Below are positions 26,289 through 34,184 of a stretch of DNA of 45,034 nucleotides, one piece after another. The first letter of the stretch is position 1, and every line of letters starts with the position of its first letter. The DNA lies in IMG/VR virus record IMGVR_UViG_3300045988_055078, positions 1-45,034 of that record; one strand, given 5' to 3'. The position numbers and the translations under genes are program-made. The notes under the pieces are model-generated. The model had not been told where the DNA came from, ran no database searches, and was given only the letters and a program-made list of their open reading frames with translations. This stretch comes from a virus.

Positions 26289-26690
26289 TCAGATTCTGTA
26301 CATCTTTTCGCCATCCGTCGCCGCCTGATACCTCACGTTCAGCCTGTAGATGGTGGCGTCATTCATGTTGGGAACAGGCGTCATAGACAGTCGCGTGAAG
26401 TTCATTCTGTAGAACAAATTATCTACAAATCTCATGATTTCACGGCAATTCGACTTCTTTTCGTCGGAATTGTTGGAGTAAATGTTCACCTCATACAAAA
26501 CCGTAGCGAATCGTTCCGTGTCGCTGCTGTCCATTCTTGCCTTGACGGTGTAATTGTCCTGCTCGACAATCGTCAGGAGAGGAAGTTTCGGGGGAGATTT
26601 TACATAGGCCCCGCGCACGGTCAGGCCGGGAAACTTTTCCCGCGCTGCTTTGGCAATAGGGGTATAAATCTGTTTCTCGATGTCAATCAT
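26289..26690 (-). CDS. Tail terminator / tail completion protein
   Basis: Called by synteny: it precedes the major tail protein. Confidence 0.55.
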   Translation of the reverse strand: MIDIEKQIYTPIAKAAREKFPGLTVRGAYVKSPPKLPLLTIVEQDNYTVKARMDSSDTERFATVLYEVNIYSNNSDEKKSNCREIMRFVDNLFYRMNFTRLSMTPVPNMNDATIYRLNVRYQAATDGEKMYRI

Positions 26691-27178
26691 CGGAATACCT
26701 CCTCAACGATTCTCGGCAGCTCTTGCTCGATTGTTTTTCTGGCTTCGTACATTGCCATAGCCGGAGGATTGCCGTAGGTGTGCCCACCACCGGCTTCCTT
26801 CGGTATCCACCAGCCGTTCGGGTCATCCCAGTGACCTTTTCCATCCGGATAGGTTCCCGGCCCCATGCCGAACTCAGCGGCCTCAGGATGACCTGCGCCG
26901 TATGTGATGCCGCTGCCGAACTCGATGAACAGGACGGATTCTCCGTCAGCCTTTACCCTATAGCCGTTCGGGATCGCCTCGACGGACACATTCGCATCCG
27001 ACATCCCGTCATAAAAGGCTCTGGCAAACCGGAGAGACGCAACGGTAGCGCCTAGTTCGGCCATTCGCCTGGTCAGCTCCTTGGCCTTTTCTTCCTGCCA
27101 TTTTCGGTATTCGGTCAGCTCTTTCTGCATCTTTTCAATGCCGCTCACAGACAATGGGACCCGGATTTTACGAATCAC
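26687..27178 (-). CDS. Head-tail joining protein (HK97 gp10-like)
   Basis: Called by synteny. ..VLFIEFGSGITYG motif. Confidence 0.55.
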   Translation of the reverse strand: MIRKIRVPLSVSGIEKMQKELTEYRKWQEEKAKELTRRMAELGATVASLRFARAFYDGMSDANVSVEAIPNGYRVKADGESVLFIEFGSGITYGAGHPEAAEFGMGPGTYPDGKGHWDDPNGWWIPKEAGGGHTYGNPPAMAMYEARKTIEQELPRIVEEVFR

Positions 27179-27552
27179 GAGACGTTCACCTTCCGAATTG
27201 CGTACGAGATCGAATTGATGGATTTCGCCACGCGCTTGACGATATAGTCATACAGAGGGCGGCGCTCAGGTACGCTGTACTCCGGCTCTTTATCGACAAA
27301 CAGGACGGTGTCCTCGTCGATGGGGCAGGTCATGTCATCCGTGACAATCACTTTGTCATATTCGGCCAGATTCCCGAACTGTTCCGTCTGCGCCGTTCCG
27401 GTGGCTGCGGAGATGTTGGCTCTGAACGCCACAGCGTCCTTATAGGCCGTGCTTTCTTCGCCGGTCTCATAGCCATCACCGTCCACAATCGCGGCCCCTG
27501 CATCGTACAGCAGGTACCAGAATGTCCGCTTGTTGCGCTCCATGATCTTCAT
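27175..27552 (-). CDS. Head closure / head-tail adaptor protein
   Basis: Called by synteny. Confidence 0.5.
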   Translation of the reverse strand: MKIMERNKRTFWYLLYDAGAAIVDGDGYETGEESTAYKDAVAFRANISAATGTAQTEQFGNLAEYDKVIVTDDMTCPIDEDTVLFVDKEPEYSVPERRPLYDYIVKRVAKSINSISYAIRKVNVS

Positions 27553-27875
27553 ATTGCACCGCCTCCAAGAGGCTGGACAAATGGAACGACATCCCTGAGC
27601 ATAGAAGGCGGCACGTCTCCGCTCTCATAGGTCCGGGAAACTCCGTTTTCTGCGTGCCCAGTTTCGCCTTCGGCACCGCGCTTATTAAGCAGATATGCCG
27701 CAATTTCGACTTGCAGATATCCATACTGCTCTGGGACGCAGTTTTCATACGGACGGTACGGGAAGGCTTTTCGGCAGATTTTACTAGCGGCAACGGCCAG
27801 ATAGGCGGAAACCGTGCTTTCGTCCGTTTCTCCGGTCATTGTTTTAACAAGGTCATTTTTTTCAGATTCCAGCAC
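27549..27875 (-). CDS. Head-tail connector protein (gp6-like)
   Basis: Called by synteny: first gene after the capsid gene. Confidence 0.55.
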   Translation of the reverse strand: MLESEKNDLVKTMTGETDESTVSAYLAVAASKICRKAFPYRPYENCVPEQYGYLQVEIAAYLLNKRGAEGETGHAENGVSRTYESGDVPPSMLRDVVPFVQPLGGGAI

Positions 27876-27902
27876 GGTTTCTCACCTTCTTATGTTCGTT
27901 TT

Positions 27903-28922
27903 TTAGGAACCGGCCGCGGTCTTGAAGTCAGCCGCATTCGCCACAAACACGCTACGGCTGTAAGCAGGCTTCGTGAAGGTCTCGGCAATGCCGGTGAACT
28001 TACCGTGGAACCACTCGGGACCGTGGTCCAGGCCAATCTGGCCGAACAGCTGATACTTTTCTCCAGCTCCGGTCTTTGCCAGCTGCTCCAGGAAGAAATT
28101 GCCCTTGCCGGGGACAGGCTGATACACGGGAGCCAGAACGTCCAGATTCAGCAGGAAGGCCGTGCCGGAGGGCAGGCATTCGCCCAGATACAGGTAAACC
28201 AGACCGATGGGGGTCAGGACGCTGGACAGTTTGATGCCGTTGATCTCGCGGGCGGCGGGGACAACGGTAAGACCGTTCTGTACGGCGTCAGCATTGATCT
28301 GGAACATGGTCACAGCGTCGCACCACAGCACAAGTCCATCCTGCGGGGCGTTGCTCTCGTAGACCTTCTTTACCATGTCTGCGATATCCCACAGACCAAG
28401 CGGCTTGGTGGCCATTGCAATGGTGTTCGAGGTGATGGCGGTAGCCAGGCCTCTGGTCTTGTTGATGGTAGCGTCAGTCGTGGCCTTGTTGTAAACGCCG
28501 TTGATGAAGGTGTACTCGATGTCCCGACGGATTTTCTGCATCTTCGCTGCGACCTGGAAATCCAGTTCGTTCATGGGATTTGCCTGCTGATTGGCAATGT
28601 TGATGCCGCTCAGGGTGCCCATGTTGGACATTTTGGCGTAGGAAATGCCGACGGCTTCCTGGAAAATCTGGGTGACATTGGTCTTCTGCTCCCGGGTCAC
28701 CACGGATGCGTCGGGGGCGGTCAGAGATGCAGTTTCGGAAATAGCAGGCTGCGAGCCGGTGCCGCCGCCGGTATATTCCTGCCCTGTGACAAACTCAACA
28801 TGGTTCGTGGTTTTGGCTCTGCCGCCAATTGCGGAACTCAGGGGGCAACGTGTATTGCCCTTGTTGAACAGCATCCCGGAGTAGTTCAGGACGCTGAAGC
28901 TGGTAGCAAACTGATTAGCCAT
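27903..28922 (-). CDS. Major capsid protein
   Basis: 339 aa, directly after the scaffold gene, with a strong RBS. Confidence 0.8.
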   Translation of the reverse strand: MANQFATSFSVLNYSGMLFNKGNTRCPLSSAIGGRAKTTNHVEFVTGQEYTGGGTGSQPAISETASLTAPDASVVTREQKTNVTQIFQEAVGISYAKMSNMGTLSGINIANQQANPMNELDFQVAAKMQKIRRDIEYTFINGVYNKATTDATINKTRGLATAITSNTIAMATKPLGLWDIADMVKKVYESNAPQDGLVLWCDAVTMFQINADAVQNGLTVVPAAREINGIKLSSVLTPIGLVYLYLGECLPSGTAFLLNLDVLAPVYQPVPGKGNFFLEQLAKTGAGEKYQLFGQIGLDHGPEWFHGKFTGIAETFTKPAYSRSVFVANAADFKTAAGS

Positions 28923-28939
28923 ACTGGTATCAATCTCCT

Positions 28940-29521
28940 TTACTTGGTGTTCTGCGTAGCCTCCATTTCGGCTTGCAGACGGGTGTAGTAGGCGGCAGCG
29001 GTTACATCGCCCTTAAGATTCGCTTCTTCAATGGCCTTAGCGTAATCCGTGCCGCCGCCCTGAGCGCCAAAAGCGCCACGGGGCGTTCCTTTCAGTTTCT
29101 CTGCAACCACCTTTTTGGCGTATTCTTCGAGAAACTTCTGCTGATTGGCAAAAACTGTCGCCGTATCTCCGGATTCGAGGGCTTCCGCTGTCTCGGAAGC
29201 CAGCTTTTCGTCGTATCCCTGTGCGGTAAACTTTGCGGTATACTCGGAGATGGTCTTTTCCTTGCGGAGAGATTTCAGCTCCTGCTCCATGTTGGACCAC
29301 TTTTCGGCTTCTTCCTGCTGCTTGCGCTGCTCGTCGCTCAGAAGCTCGTTATGCTTCCGTTTCCAAGCGGCAGCCTCAGAATTCGCCTTGGACAGCGCGG
29401 CCTTCTGTCTTTCCAGCTCGGCTGCGTTATCTTCATACTCAAACGCTTCCAGGGCAGCCAACTTCTGCTCGGCATTCATGCCTTCGTATCCTTCGATTTT
29501 CGTAACGTCAATTTTTGCCAT
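28940..29521 (-). CDS. Scaffolding protein
   Basis: 193 aa, highly charged coiled coil (AELERQKAALSKANSEAAAWKRKHNELL..), immediately upstream of the capsid gene. Confidence 0.75.
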   Translation of the reverse strand: MAKIDVTKIEGYEGMNAEQKLAALEAFEYEDNAAELERQKAALSKANSEAAAWKRKHNELLSDEQRKQQEEAEKWSNMEQELKSLRKEKTISEYTAKFTAQGYDEKLASETAEALESGDTATVFANQQKFLEEYAKKVVAEKLKGTPRGAFGAQGGGTDYAKAIEEANLKGDVTAAAYYTRLQAEMEATQNTK

Positions 29522-29631
29522 AATGTTCCTCCTGCGTTTGTTTTAGCGGTTCACTCCGCTATGGTTTCTGTTTTTTGTTTGGTTTTCTCCAAATTGCGTT
29601 TTTGATATGGCAGCTTCACTGCTGCCGTTTA

Positions 29632-29707
29632 TGGCGGGCGGAGCAGGATTCGAACCTGCGACGTCGTGATTAACAGTCACGCGCTCTACCGTCTTAGCTA
29701 TCTACCC
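29632..29707 (-). tRNA. tRNA-Asn (anticodon GTT)
   Basis: 76-nt cloverleaf folded by hand: acceptor GGGTAGA/TCCGCCC (one A-C mismatch), D arm GCTA/GAGC, anticodon arm CGTGA-CTGTTAA-TCACG, T arm GCAGG-TTCGAAT-CCTGC, encoded CCA. Confidence 0.85.
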
Positions 29708-29790
29708 ATTGGCCCCGGTCCGCTGTTGAGCAGTAGCGGAAAAAACAAGCAGCGTGCCGACACATGGTGCTCTCTGTCCGGGTGTTTGAT

Positions 29791-29866
29791 TGGAGCCGCC
29801 AGACGGAATCGAACCGTCAACCTTCCGATTACAAATCGGATGCACTGCCAATTGTGCTACAACGGC
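29791..29866 (-). tRNA. tRNA-Thr (anticodon TGT)
   Basis: 76-nt cloverleaf: acceptor GCCGTTG/TGGCGGC (three G-U pairs), D arm GCAC/GTGC, anticodon arm TCCGA-TTTGTAA-TCGGA, T arm GACGG-TTCGATT-CCGTC, encoded CCA. Confidence 0.85.
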
Positions 29867-29872
29867 GAATAA

Positions 29873-29917
29873 ACAAAAAATGGGCTGCCGATACCATTCC
29901 TGGTATCAACAGCCCAT
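29873..29917 (-). terminator. Long hairpin plus U-run between portal and tRNAs
   Basis: Minus strand: ATGGGCTG..GATACCA-GGAA-TGGTATC..CAGCCCAT followed by TTTTTTG. Confidence 0.6.
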
Positions 29918-29946
29918 CGGCTCTTAGCTGCCACTTCAGGCAACCG

Positions 29947-30105
29947 TTATCTATTTAAGCATTTTCTTGTAATTGCAATGACCTTGATCTCTCCGTGCTC
30001 CACGCGCAATTCAACAACCTTCCCCTGCCGGATCGTGTTATTGATAAGCTGAATCTGTTCATCCGTCAGATTCAGGCGGCGCGCCGGATTGACTTCCTGT
30101 TCCAC
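29947..30105 (-). CDS. Possible small ORF (52 aa, GTG start) overlapping the portal 3' end
   Basis: GGGGGTG, 5 nt, GTG. Translation (M)EQEVNPARRLNLTDEQIQLINNTIRQGKVVELRVEHGEIKVIAITRKCLNR has protein-like composition. Confidence 0.3.
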   Translation of the reverse strand: MEQEVNPARRLNLTDEQIQLINNTIRQGKVVELRVEHGEIKVIAITRKCLNR

Positions 30106-31498
30106 CGGATACACCCCCGTTTTGATTGGCCCGCTGAGCGGCTTCCCGCTCCTGCTGGGCCATATATTCCATGCTCATGCGATAAGCAAGCTGCGGATCG
30201 GAAAAGAGGCCGCTGTGCGTGAACGCAAGCTCCGGCGCAATTTTCTCACACCCGAGCATCATGGTCAAAACGCTTGCCTTCTGCGCGATGTTCTCATAAT
30301 TTCGGCGGGTAAACCGGATTTCCAGTGCCGACAGCTTCAGGCTCAGGTTCCCCATGTCCTGACAGATTCGCAGCACCAGCTTCAGGAATTCCTTCTCGGA
30401 TTTCTTAAATACCAGTTCTGCGTCTTTGGCTCTCGCTTCGGCGGCAGACCAGCCGTCCCGCATGATGACCGCAGACCCGGTATCAGAAGTGGAGGACCCG
30501 CCGTTTCGATTTGGCATCCCGCAGATGGTCAACACGGTGTTATACATGCTGTCCACGAGCGTCTGCGTCTGCGTTTGGTTCATCTCGGACGTCAGATACT
30601 GGATTTCCGCTTTCAAGGTGGAATCAATATCTTTGAACTTGATGCCGCCCAGGTCCCGCAGCTTTTCGAAATCGTCTTCCGAAATGTCCACGTTGTGAAA
30701 AAGCATCAGCGCCTGAACGAACTGTTCCACGCCGTCAATCCGGTTGCTCTCCACCATATTGATTGCATCCAGCAGAGGAATGACGATTTCAAAAGCGCCA
30801 AGCCTCGCCTGATTGGCGGGGTATTCGATAATCGGAATGCCGAAAATCTGATCTTCTGCGTGGATAACTGACCATGTATTCCACACCTCGTAGTATCGGT
30901 TCTCCGTCCAGCAGGAAAAGACGATGGTCCCATCCTCCCGCAGAACGTAGCGGACGGCCATCATTGGCTTGTGTCCCAGCCCCACAGAGTAAATAACGAA
31001 GGTATAGCGCGGATCAAGCGTGAAGATTTCAAAGGGCGCTTCGTCTGCGTCTACGTCCGCCAGCGCATCCGGCAAAACCATCCGATATGAGGTGCCGCAG
31101 ATGTTTCCCCAATCGACCAGCTCTTTGTCTTTGGTTGGCTTGTCCTCAGAAAGCATATAATCGTTCAGATGCAGGACCTCGGAAGCAATGATGTCATCGC
31201 TGCCACGGCTGACATATTGGATCGGTTCGCCGATCTGGTAGCCGGTCTTAAACGAGACAATCTCGTTGGCCCGGTTCTCCACGACTTGGTTATTGATCTC
31301 CGGTCGGACCTGCTTCTCCCGATAAAGGATCGGCTGATCCCCTCGGTAGTACCAATACAGATAATCGATATCTGCCTGATTCATCAAATGGACAGTCTGT
31401 GCCTTTTGCAGCACGTCAATCACGTTGGCATCCGTGATTTTCGGCACTTCCGTATAAATAACCCGGCGTCCGAACAATTTACGGCTCTGCAACGGCAT
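30059..31498 (-). CDS. Portal protein (SPP1 gp6-like)
   Basis: DYLYWYYRGDQPILYREKQVRPEINNQVVENRANEIVSFKTGY.. Start at 31498 follows GGAGGTGAA. Confidence 0.9.
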   Translation of the reverse strand: MPLQSRKLFGRRVIYTEVPKITDANVIDVLQKAQTVHLMNQADIDYLYWYYRGDQPILYREKQVRPEINNQVVENRANEIVSFKTGYQIGEPIQYVSRGSDDIIASEVLHLNDYMLSEDKPTKDKELVDWGNICGTSYRMVLPDALADVDADEAPFEIFTLDPRYTFVIYSVGLGHKPMMAVRYVLREDGTIVFSCWTENRYYEVWNTWSVIHAEDQIFGIPIIEYPANQARLGAFEIVIPLLDAINMVESNRIDGVEQFVQALMLFHNVDISEDDFEKLRDLGGIKFKDIDSTLKAEIQYLTSEMNQTQTQTLVDSMYNTVLTICGMPNRNGGSSTSDTGSAVIMRDGWSAAEARAKDAELVFKKSEKEFLKLVLRICQDMGNLSLKLSALEIRFTRRNYENIAQKASVLTMMLGCEKIAPELAFTHSGLFSDPQLAYRMSMEYMAQQEREAAQRANQNGGVSGGTGSQSGAPPESDG

Positions 31499-31725
31499 TT
31501 CACCTCCATTTATGGATTCTATCTTCACATTTATCATTTTACCACGCAAGCAACGCTTTGTATAGATAACAATAGTTAATTAAATCCATGCCATTAAACC
31601 ATAACAAAGATTATATTTACATTTCAGCCGTAAAATGATATAATTCAGGCGTGGTTGTTGAGTGTTTCATAAATACCTCCTATTCCGATTTTCTACCTTC
31701 CTATTACCCCTTTTCTTTGATGGGT

Positions 31726-31773
31726 CCCCCTGACGCGCCGGTCTTTTCCTTTCCTTCCGGTCGTGTCAGGGGG
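31726..31773 (-). other. 16/17-bp GC-rich hairpin with purine-rich (GGA-containing) loop
   Basis: Minus strand: CCCCCTGACACGACCGG-AAGGAAAGGAAAAGA-CCGGCGCGTCAGGGGG, with no following U-run. Confidence 0.6.
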
Positions 31774-31790
31774 ATTCTCGCATAGATATA

Positions 31791-31825
31791 AAAAGAGCGC
31801 CCCGGTATTTCCAGGACGCTCTTTT
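31791..31825 (-). terminator. Rho-independent terminator after the 31841 gene
   Basis: AAAGAGCG, loop, CGCTCTTT, followed by a T-run on the minus strand. Confidence 0.65.
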
Positions 31826-31840
31826 GCTGTGAAGGTTTAC

Positions 31841-32056
31841 TTACTGCACTTCTTCGAGTGCATCCGCAATGCTTTTGATCTGCTCCGTGACAGATGTCAG
31901 CACATTGCAGTACATATCGTACCGGAGAGCACTGAGCCGCAGCATATCCGCCTCGTCGTCATATTCCATCTCAAACATATCCGAAAGCATCGTAGCCGTG
32001 GACTGTGCAATTTTGACGCTTACCCAGATATCGTCCAGTGTTGCCGTCTTCGTCAT
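31841..32056 (-). CDS. Hypothetical acidic protein (71 aa)
   Basis: ATGA-type overlap with the ant stop. No motif recognised. Confidence 0.55.
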   Translation of the reverse strand: MTKTATLDDIWVSVKIAQSTATMLSDMFEMEYDDEADMLRLSALRYDMYCNVLTSVTEQIKSIADALEEVQ

Positions 32057-32763
32057 GCCTTCTTATCCTCCCTCAGAAACTTATTCAGGAAAAACGCCTG
32101 GCCCTTGCCGGTGACCTTCGGGGTCTTGCTGACCGACGTATGGCCGTCGCTATGGCTGATGACCGTCTCTTTGATCCGGAAAAGCCCCTGCTCCATGCTG
32201 GACTGCGTCGGCATATTGTAATCCGTTCCGTTGCGCTTGATTAAGTACCCGTTGTCCCGCATCCACTGGAACAGCCGCCGCTCGCCCATGCCGACGCCGT
32301 TCTGCCGTAGAATCTTTGCCAGCTCACCAATCAGAACCGTGCTGCTGGATGCCGCCACACTGTCAGCGAACAAGACCTTCGGGGCATCGGCTTGGACTTT
32401 GGATTCCAGGGTCTTAATTCTCCGATCTGCAATCTGCAAGGCTCTTGCCATGACCTTTTCAGGGCTATTCCAGTCCCGTTCCAGCTGTAGGAAGTACTGT
32501 CGTGCCATCTTTCCTTTTTCATTGCGCTGGAGCATACAAATCTCCTTTGCCATGTCGATGGTGACGGCGGCATCCTGTCCACGGCGGCCTCCGGTACTTT
32601 CGGTCAAAAATGTCCGAAAGTCCTGCCCTTCCGAAAATCCAAATTCGCACATTCTCTGAAACCAATGCCGGAAATCCGTGCTGACGTCCAGAAACTCATG
32701 CAACTCTCTTGCGGAAACAGCGGGCTTCTCCCCGCTGTAATCAACCTTGATTAAATCTGTCAC
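32053..32763 (-). CDS. Antirepressor, AntA-like N-terminal domain plus KilAC-like C-terminal domain
   Basis: VSARELHEFLDVSTDFRHWFQRMCEFGFSEGQDF..IDMAKEICMLQRNEKGKMARQYFLQLE, then ..LIGELAKILRQNGVGMGERRLFQWMRDNGYL. GTG start after AAGGAG. Confidence 0.85.
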   Translation of the reverse strand: MTDLIKVDYSGEKPAVSARELHEFLDVSTDFRHWFQRMCEFGFSEGQDFRTFLTESTGGRRGQDAAVTIDMAKEICMLQRNEKGKMARQYFLQLERDWNSPEKVMARALQIADRRIKTLESKVQADAPKVLFADSVAASSSTVLIGELAKILRQNGVGMGERRLFQWMRDNGYLIKRNGTDYNMPTQSSMEQGLFRIKETVISHSDGHTSVSKTPKVTGKGQAFFLNKFLREDKKA

Positions 32764-32787
32764 AAATTAGCTCCTTTCAAAATTCAT

Positions 32788-32816
32788 TTGACAAGGAACC
32801 GAATCTAATGTACAAT
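32788..32816 (+). promoter_or_regulatory. Near-consensus plus-strand promoter inside the RHH-ant intergenic region
   Basis: TTGACA, 17 nt, TACAAT. Confidence 0.6.
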
Positions 32817-32822
32817 GAATTT

Positions 32823-32897
32823 TAGATAGGGTTTCCCTGTCGCTGTTTTGAGGGATTGACGAACTGTGGTAGGGGCTGTCAATCCCTTATTTCTTTT
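32823..32897 (+). ncRNA. Predicted ~75-nt antisense sRNA (promoter to intrinsic terminator)
   Basis: Predicted start ~7 nt after the -10 box. Terminator GGGATTGAC-17 nt-GTCAATCCC (32852-32886) followed by TTATTTCTTTT. Antisense to the ant leader and the 3' end of the RHH gene. Confidence 0.45.
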
Positions 32898-33066
32898 CCA
32901 ATTCGGTCTTTACCCTTTGGATTCCAAGCCGGATGATGTCACTTTTTGTTTTTCCAAGCTTTTCACAGCAGAAATCTAAATCTTTCATTGTCTGCTGGTC
33001 AGCTCTTATTTTCAGCTGAATGTCCTTTGGGCTTTCGACCTTTGGCCTGCCTGTACGGGGCGACAT
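32887..33066 (-). CDS. Ribbon-helix-helix (Arc/CopG-like) protein, 59 aa (below the ORF-track cutoff)
   Basis: GAGGTGA, 4 nt, ATG. MSPRTGRPKVESPKDIQLKIRADQQTMKDLDFCCEKLGKTKSDIIRLGIQRVKTELEKK. Paralog of 33941..34126. Confidence 0.7.
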   Translation of the reverse strand: MSPRTGRPKVESPKDIQLKIRADQQTMKDLDFCCEKLGKTKSDIIRLGIQRVKTELEKK

Positions 33067-33084
33067 TAAATCACCTCACTTAAT

Positions 33085-33124
33085 GTGTACACGCTTATTA
33101 TAGCGTGTACACACAAAATGTCAA
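33085..33124 (-). promoter_or_regulatory. Promoter with flanking palindromic operators for the 59-aa RHH gene
   Basis: Minus strand: TTGACA, 16 nt, TATAAT. The -10 box is bracketed by GTGTACACGC and GCGTGTACAC, each containing the palindrome GTGTACAC. Confidence 0.6.
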
Positions 33125-33149
33125 GTTCTTTCTTGAAATTATTGATTCT

Positions 33150-33431
33150 CTACCAGCGGCGGAACTTCTTGGCAGAGGGGAGCTTGCTGGAAAGCACAAG
33201 GGAATAGAGGCCGGATTCATTGATAAGTGCAATGGGTGTCCCGTTGACGGTGAACGAATCGTTCACCGTTTTATCTTCTTCATCTACATGGTCACGGACA
33301 GCTTTCTGTGGATTGCTGTATCCCAGCACCTGCGCTACATCCTTTCCGGCCAGCCAATATTCGCCATCAATCTCAACTCTGCGAATAGAGCCAAATTCCT
33401 CGTTTCTAAATACCTTGATTTCGTTGTTCAT
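33150..33431 (-). CDS. Bro-N domain protein, ends abruptly after the conserved ..KKFRRW
   Basis: FGSIRRVEIDGEYWLAGKDVAQVLGY..INESGLYSLVLSSKLPSAKKFRRW. The paralog at 8215..8958 continues past this point. Confidence 0.8.
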   Translation of the reverse strand: MNNEIKVFRNEEFGSIRRVEIDGEYWLAGKDVAQVLGYSNPQKAVRDHVDEEDKTVNDSFTVNGTPIALINESGLYSLVLSSKLPSAKKFRRW

Positions 33432-33542
33432 AAATTTTCCTCCTTGATTTTTTCCCGGAGGAATGATAAACTATATGTACCATCCCTCTGGGTTGGTGTT
33501 GTTTGGAGTGTCCACAACTTCTTGGCGGGAGAGTGGACACTC

Positions 33543-33791
33543 TCACTGTTCTTCGGAATCTCCGAACATCTGCTTCTGAATCTGTTCAAGCAATGCCTGC
33601 GCCTGATTCAGCTGTTCACGGCTAATAGCGTTTTCTGCCATGAACTCCGGCTTCCCGGAATCTCTGTCACGGTCATCCAAAATAAGCTTCGTGATGTAAT
33701 CCTTGTACGTCAAATCCAGGTTCGCAATTCGTCTGCGAACGAACTTATACAGCGTTTCGTCCACACGGATAGAAATCGTCTTATCTGCCAC
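33543..33791 (-). CDS. Ribbon-helix-helix-like protein (82 aa, GTG start)
   Basis: AAAGGAGG, 7 nt, GTG. (M)ADKTISIRVDETLYKFVRRRIANLDLTYKDYITKLIL. Upstream minus-strand promoter TTTACA, 17 nt, TAGAAT. Confidence 0.6.
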   Translation of the reverse strand: MADKTISIRVDETLYKFVRRRIANLDLTYKDYITKLILDDRDRDSGKPEFMAENAISREQLNQAQALLEQIQKQMFGDSEEQ

Positions 33792-33876
33792 TTTTGTGCC
33801 TCCTTTCTGCAAATATTCTATCAAAAAATCCCGATTTTGTAAAGTTAATTTATATTCACGAAAACCCCCTTTTTGG

Positions 33877-33930
33877 AATCCAGAAGAAACGATTGAAATA
33901 TTATCGTTTCTTCTGGATTTTCTTGTTTTT
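33877..33930 (+). terminator. Perfect 17-bp hairpin with T-run on the plus strand
   Basis: AATCCAGAAGAAACGAT, 9 nt, ATCGTTTCTTCTGGATT, then TTCTTGTTTTT. Confidence 0.5.
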
Positions 33931-33940
33931 CGGAACCGAA

Positions 33941-34126
33941 TTATTCGGATTTCCGCTTTTCTTTTTCCAAAAGAAGATGAACTCCACGTCTGACAGCTTC
34001 TCCTTTTGTGATTTCATTCCGAAAACAGTATTCTTGAAGTTTTGCTTCTGTTTCGGAATCAAGCCTAACGCTGAAGCTGAAAGATTTGGGGTTATCCACT
34101 TTCGGTCTCCCAGTACGAGGGGCCAC
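33941..34126 (-). CDS. Ribbon-helix-helix (Arc/CopG-like) protein, 61 aa
   Basis: GAGGTGA, 4 nt, GTG. MAPRTGRPKVDNPKSFSFSVRLDSETEAKLQEYCFRNEITKGEAVRRGVHLLLEKE. Confidence 0.75.
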   Translation of the reverse strand: MAPRTGRPKVDNPKSFSFSVRLDSETEAKLQEYCFRNEITKGEAVRRGVHLLLEKEKRKSE

Positions 34127-34138
34127 ATTATCACCTCA

Positions 34139-34184
34139 CTTTTTGTAGCACATTTAGTATAATATATGTATTACAAAAAGTCAA
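34139..34184 (-). promoter_or_regulatory. Promoter plus inverted repeat for the 61-aa RHH gene
   Basis: Minus strand: TTGACT, 17 nt, TATACT. A 9-bp inverted repeat CTTTTTGTA / TACAAAAAG spans it. Confidence 0.55.

Noticed and set aside
27654-28988. Long plus-strand ORFs antisense to structural genes (for example 27654..28988 at 444 aa, 14820..15626, 8194..8985, 22609..23759)
   Set aside because: These are shadow ORFs opposite strongly supported minus-strand genes (capsid, endolysin, antirepressor, tape measure). They have odd composition, no RBS and no motifs.
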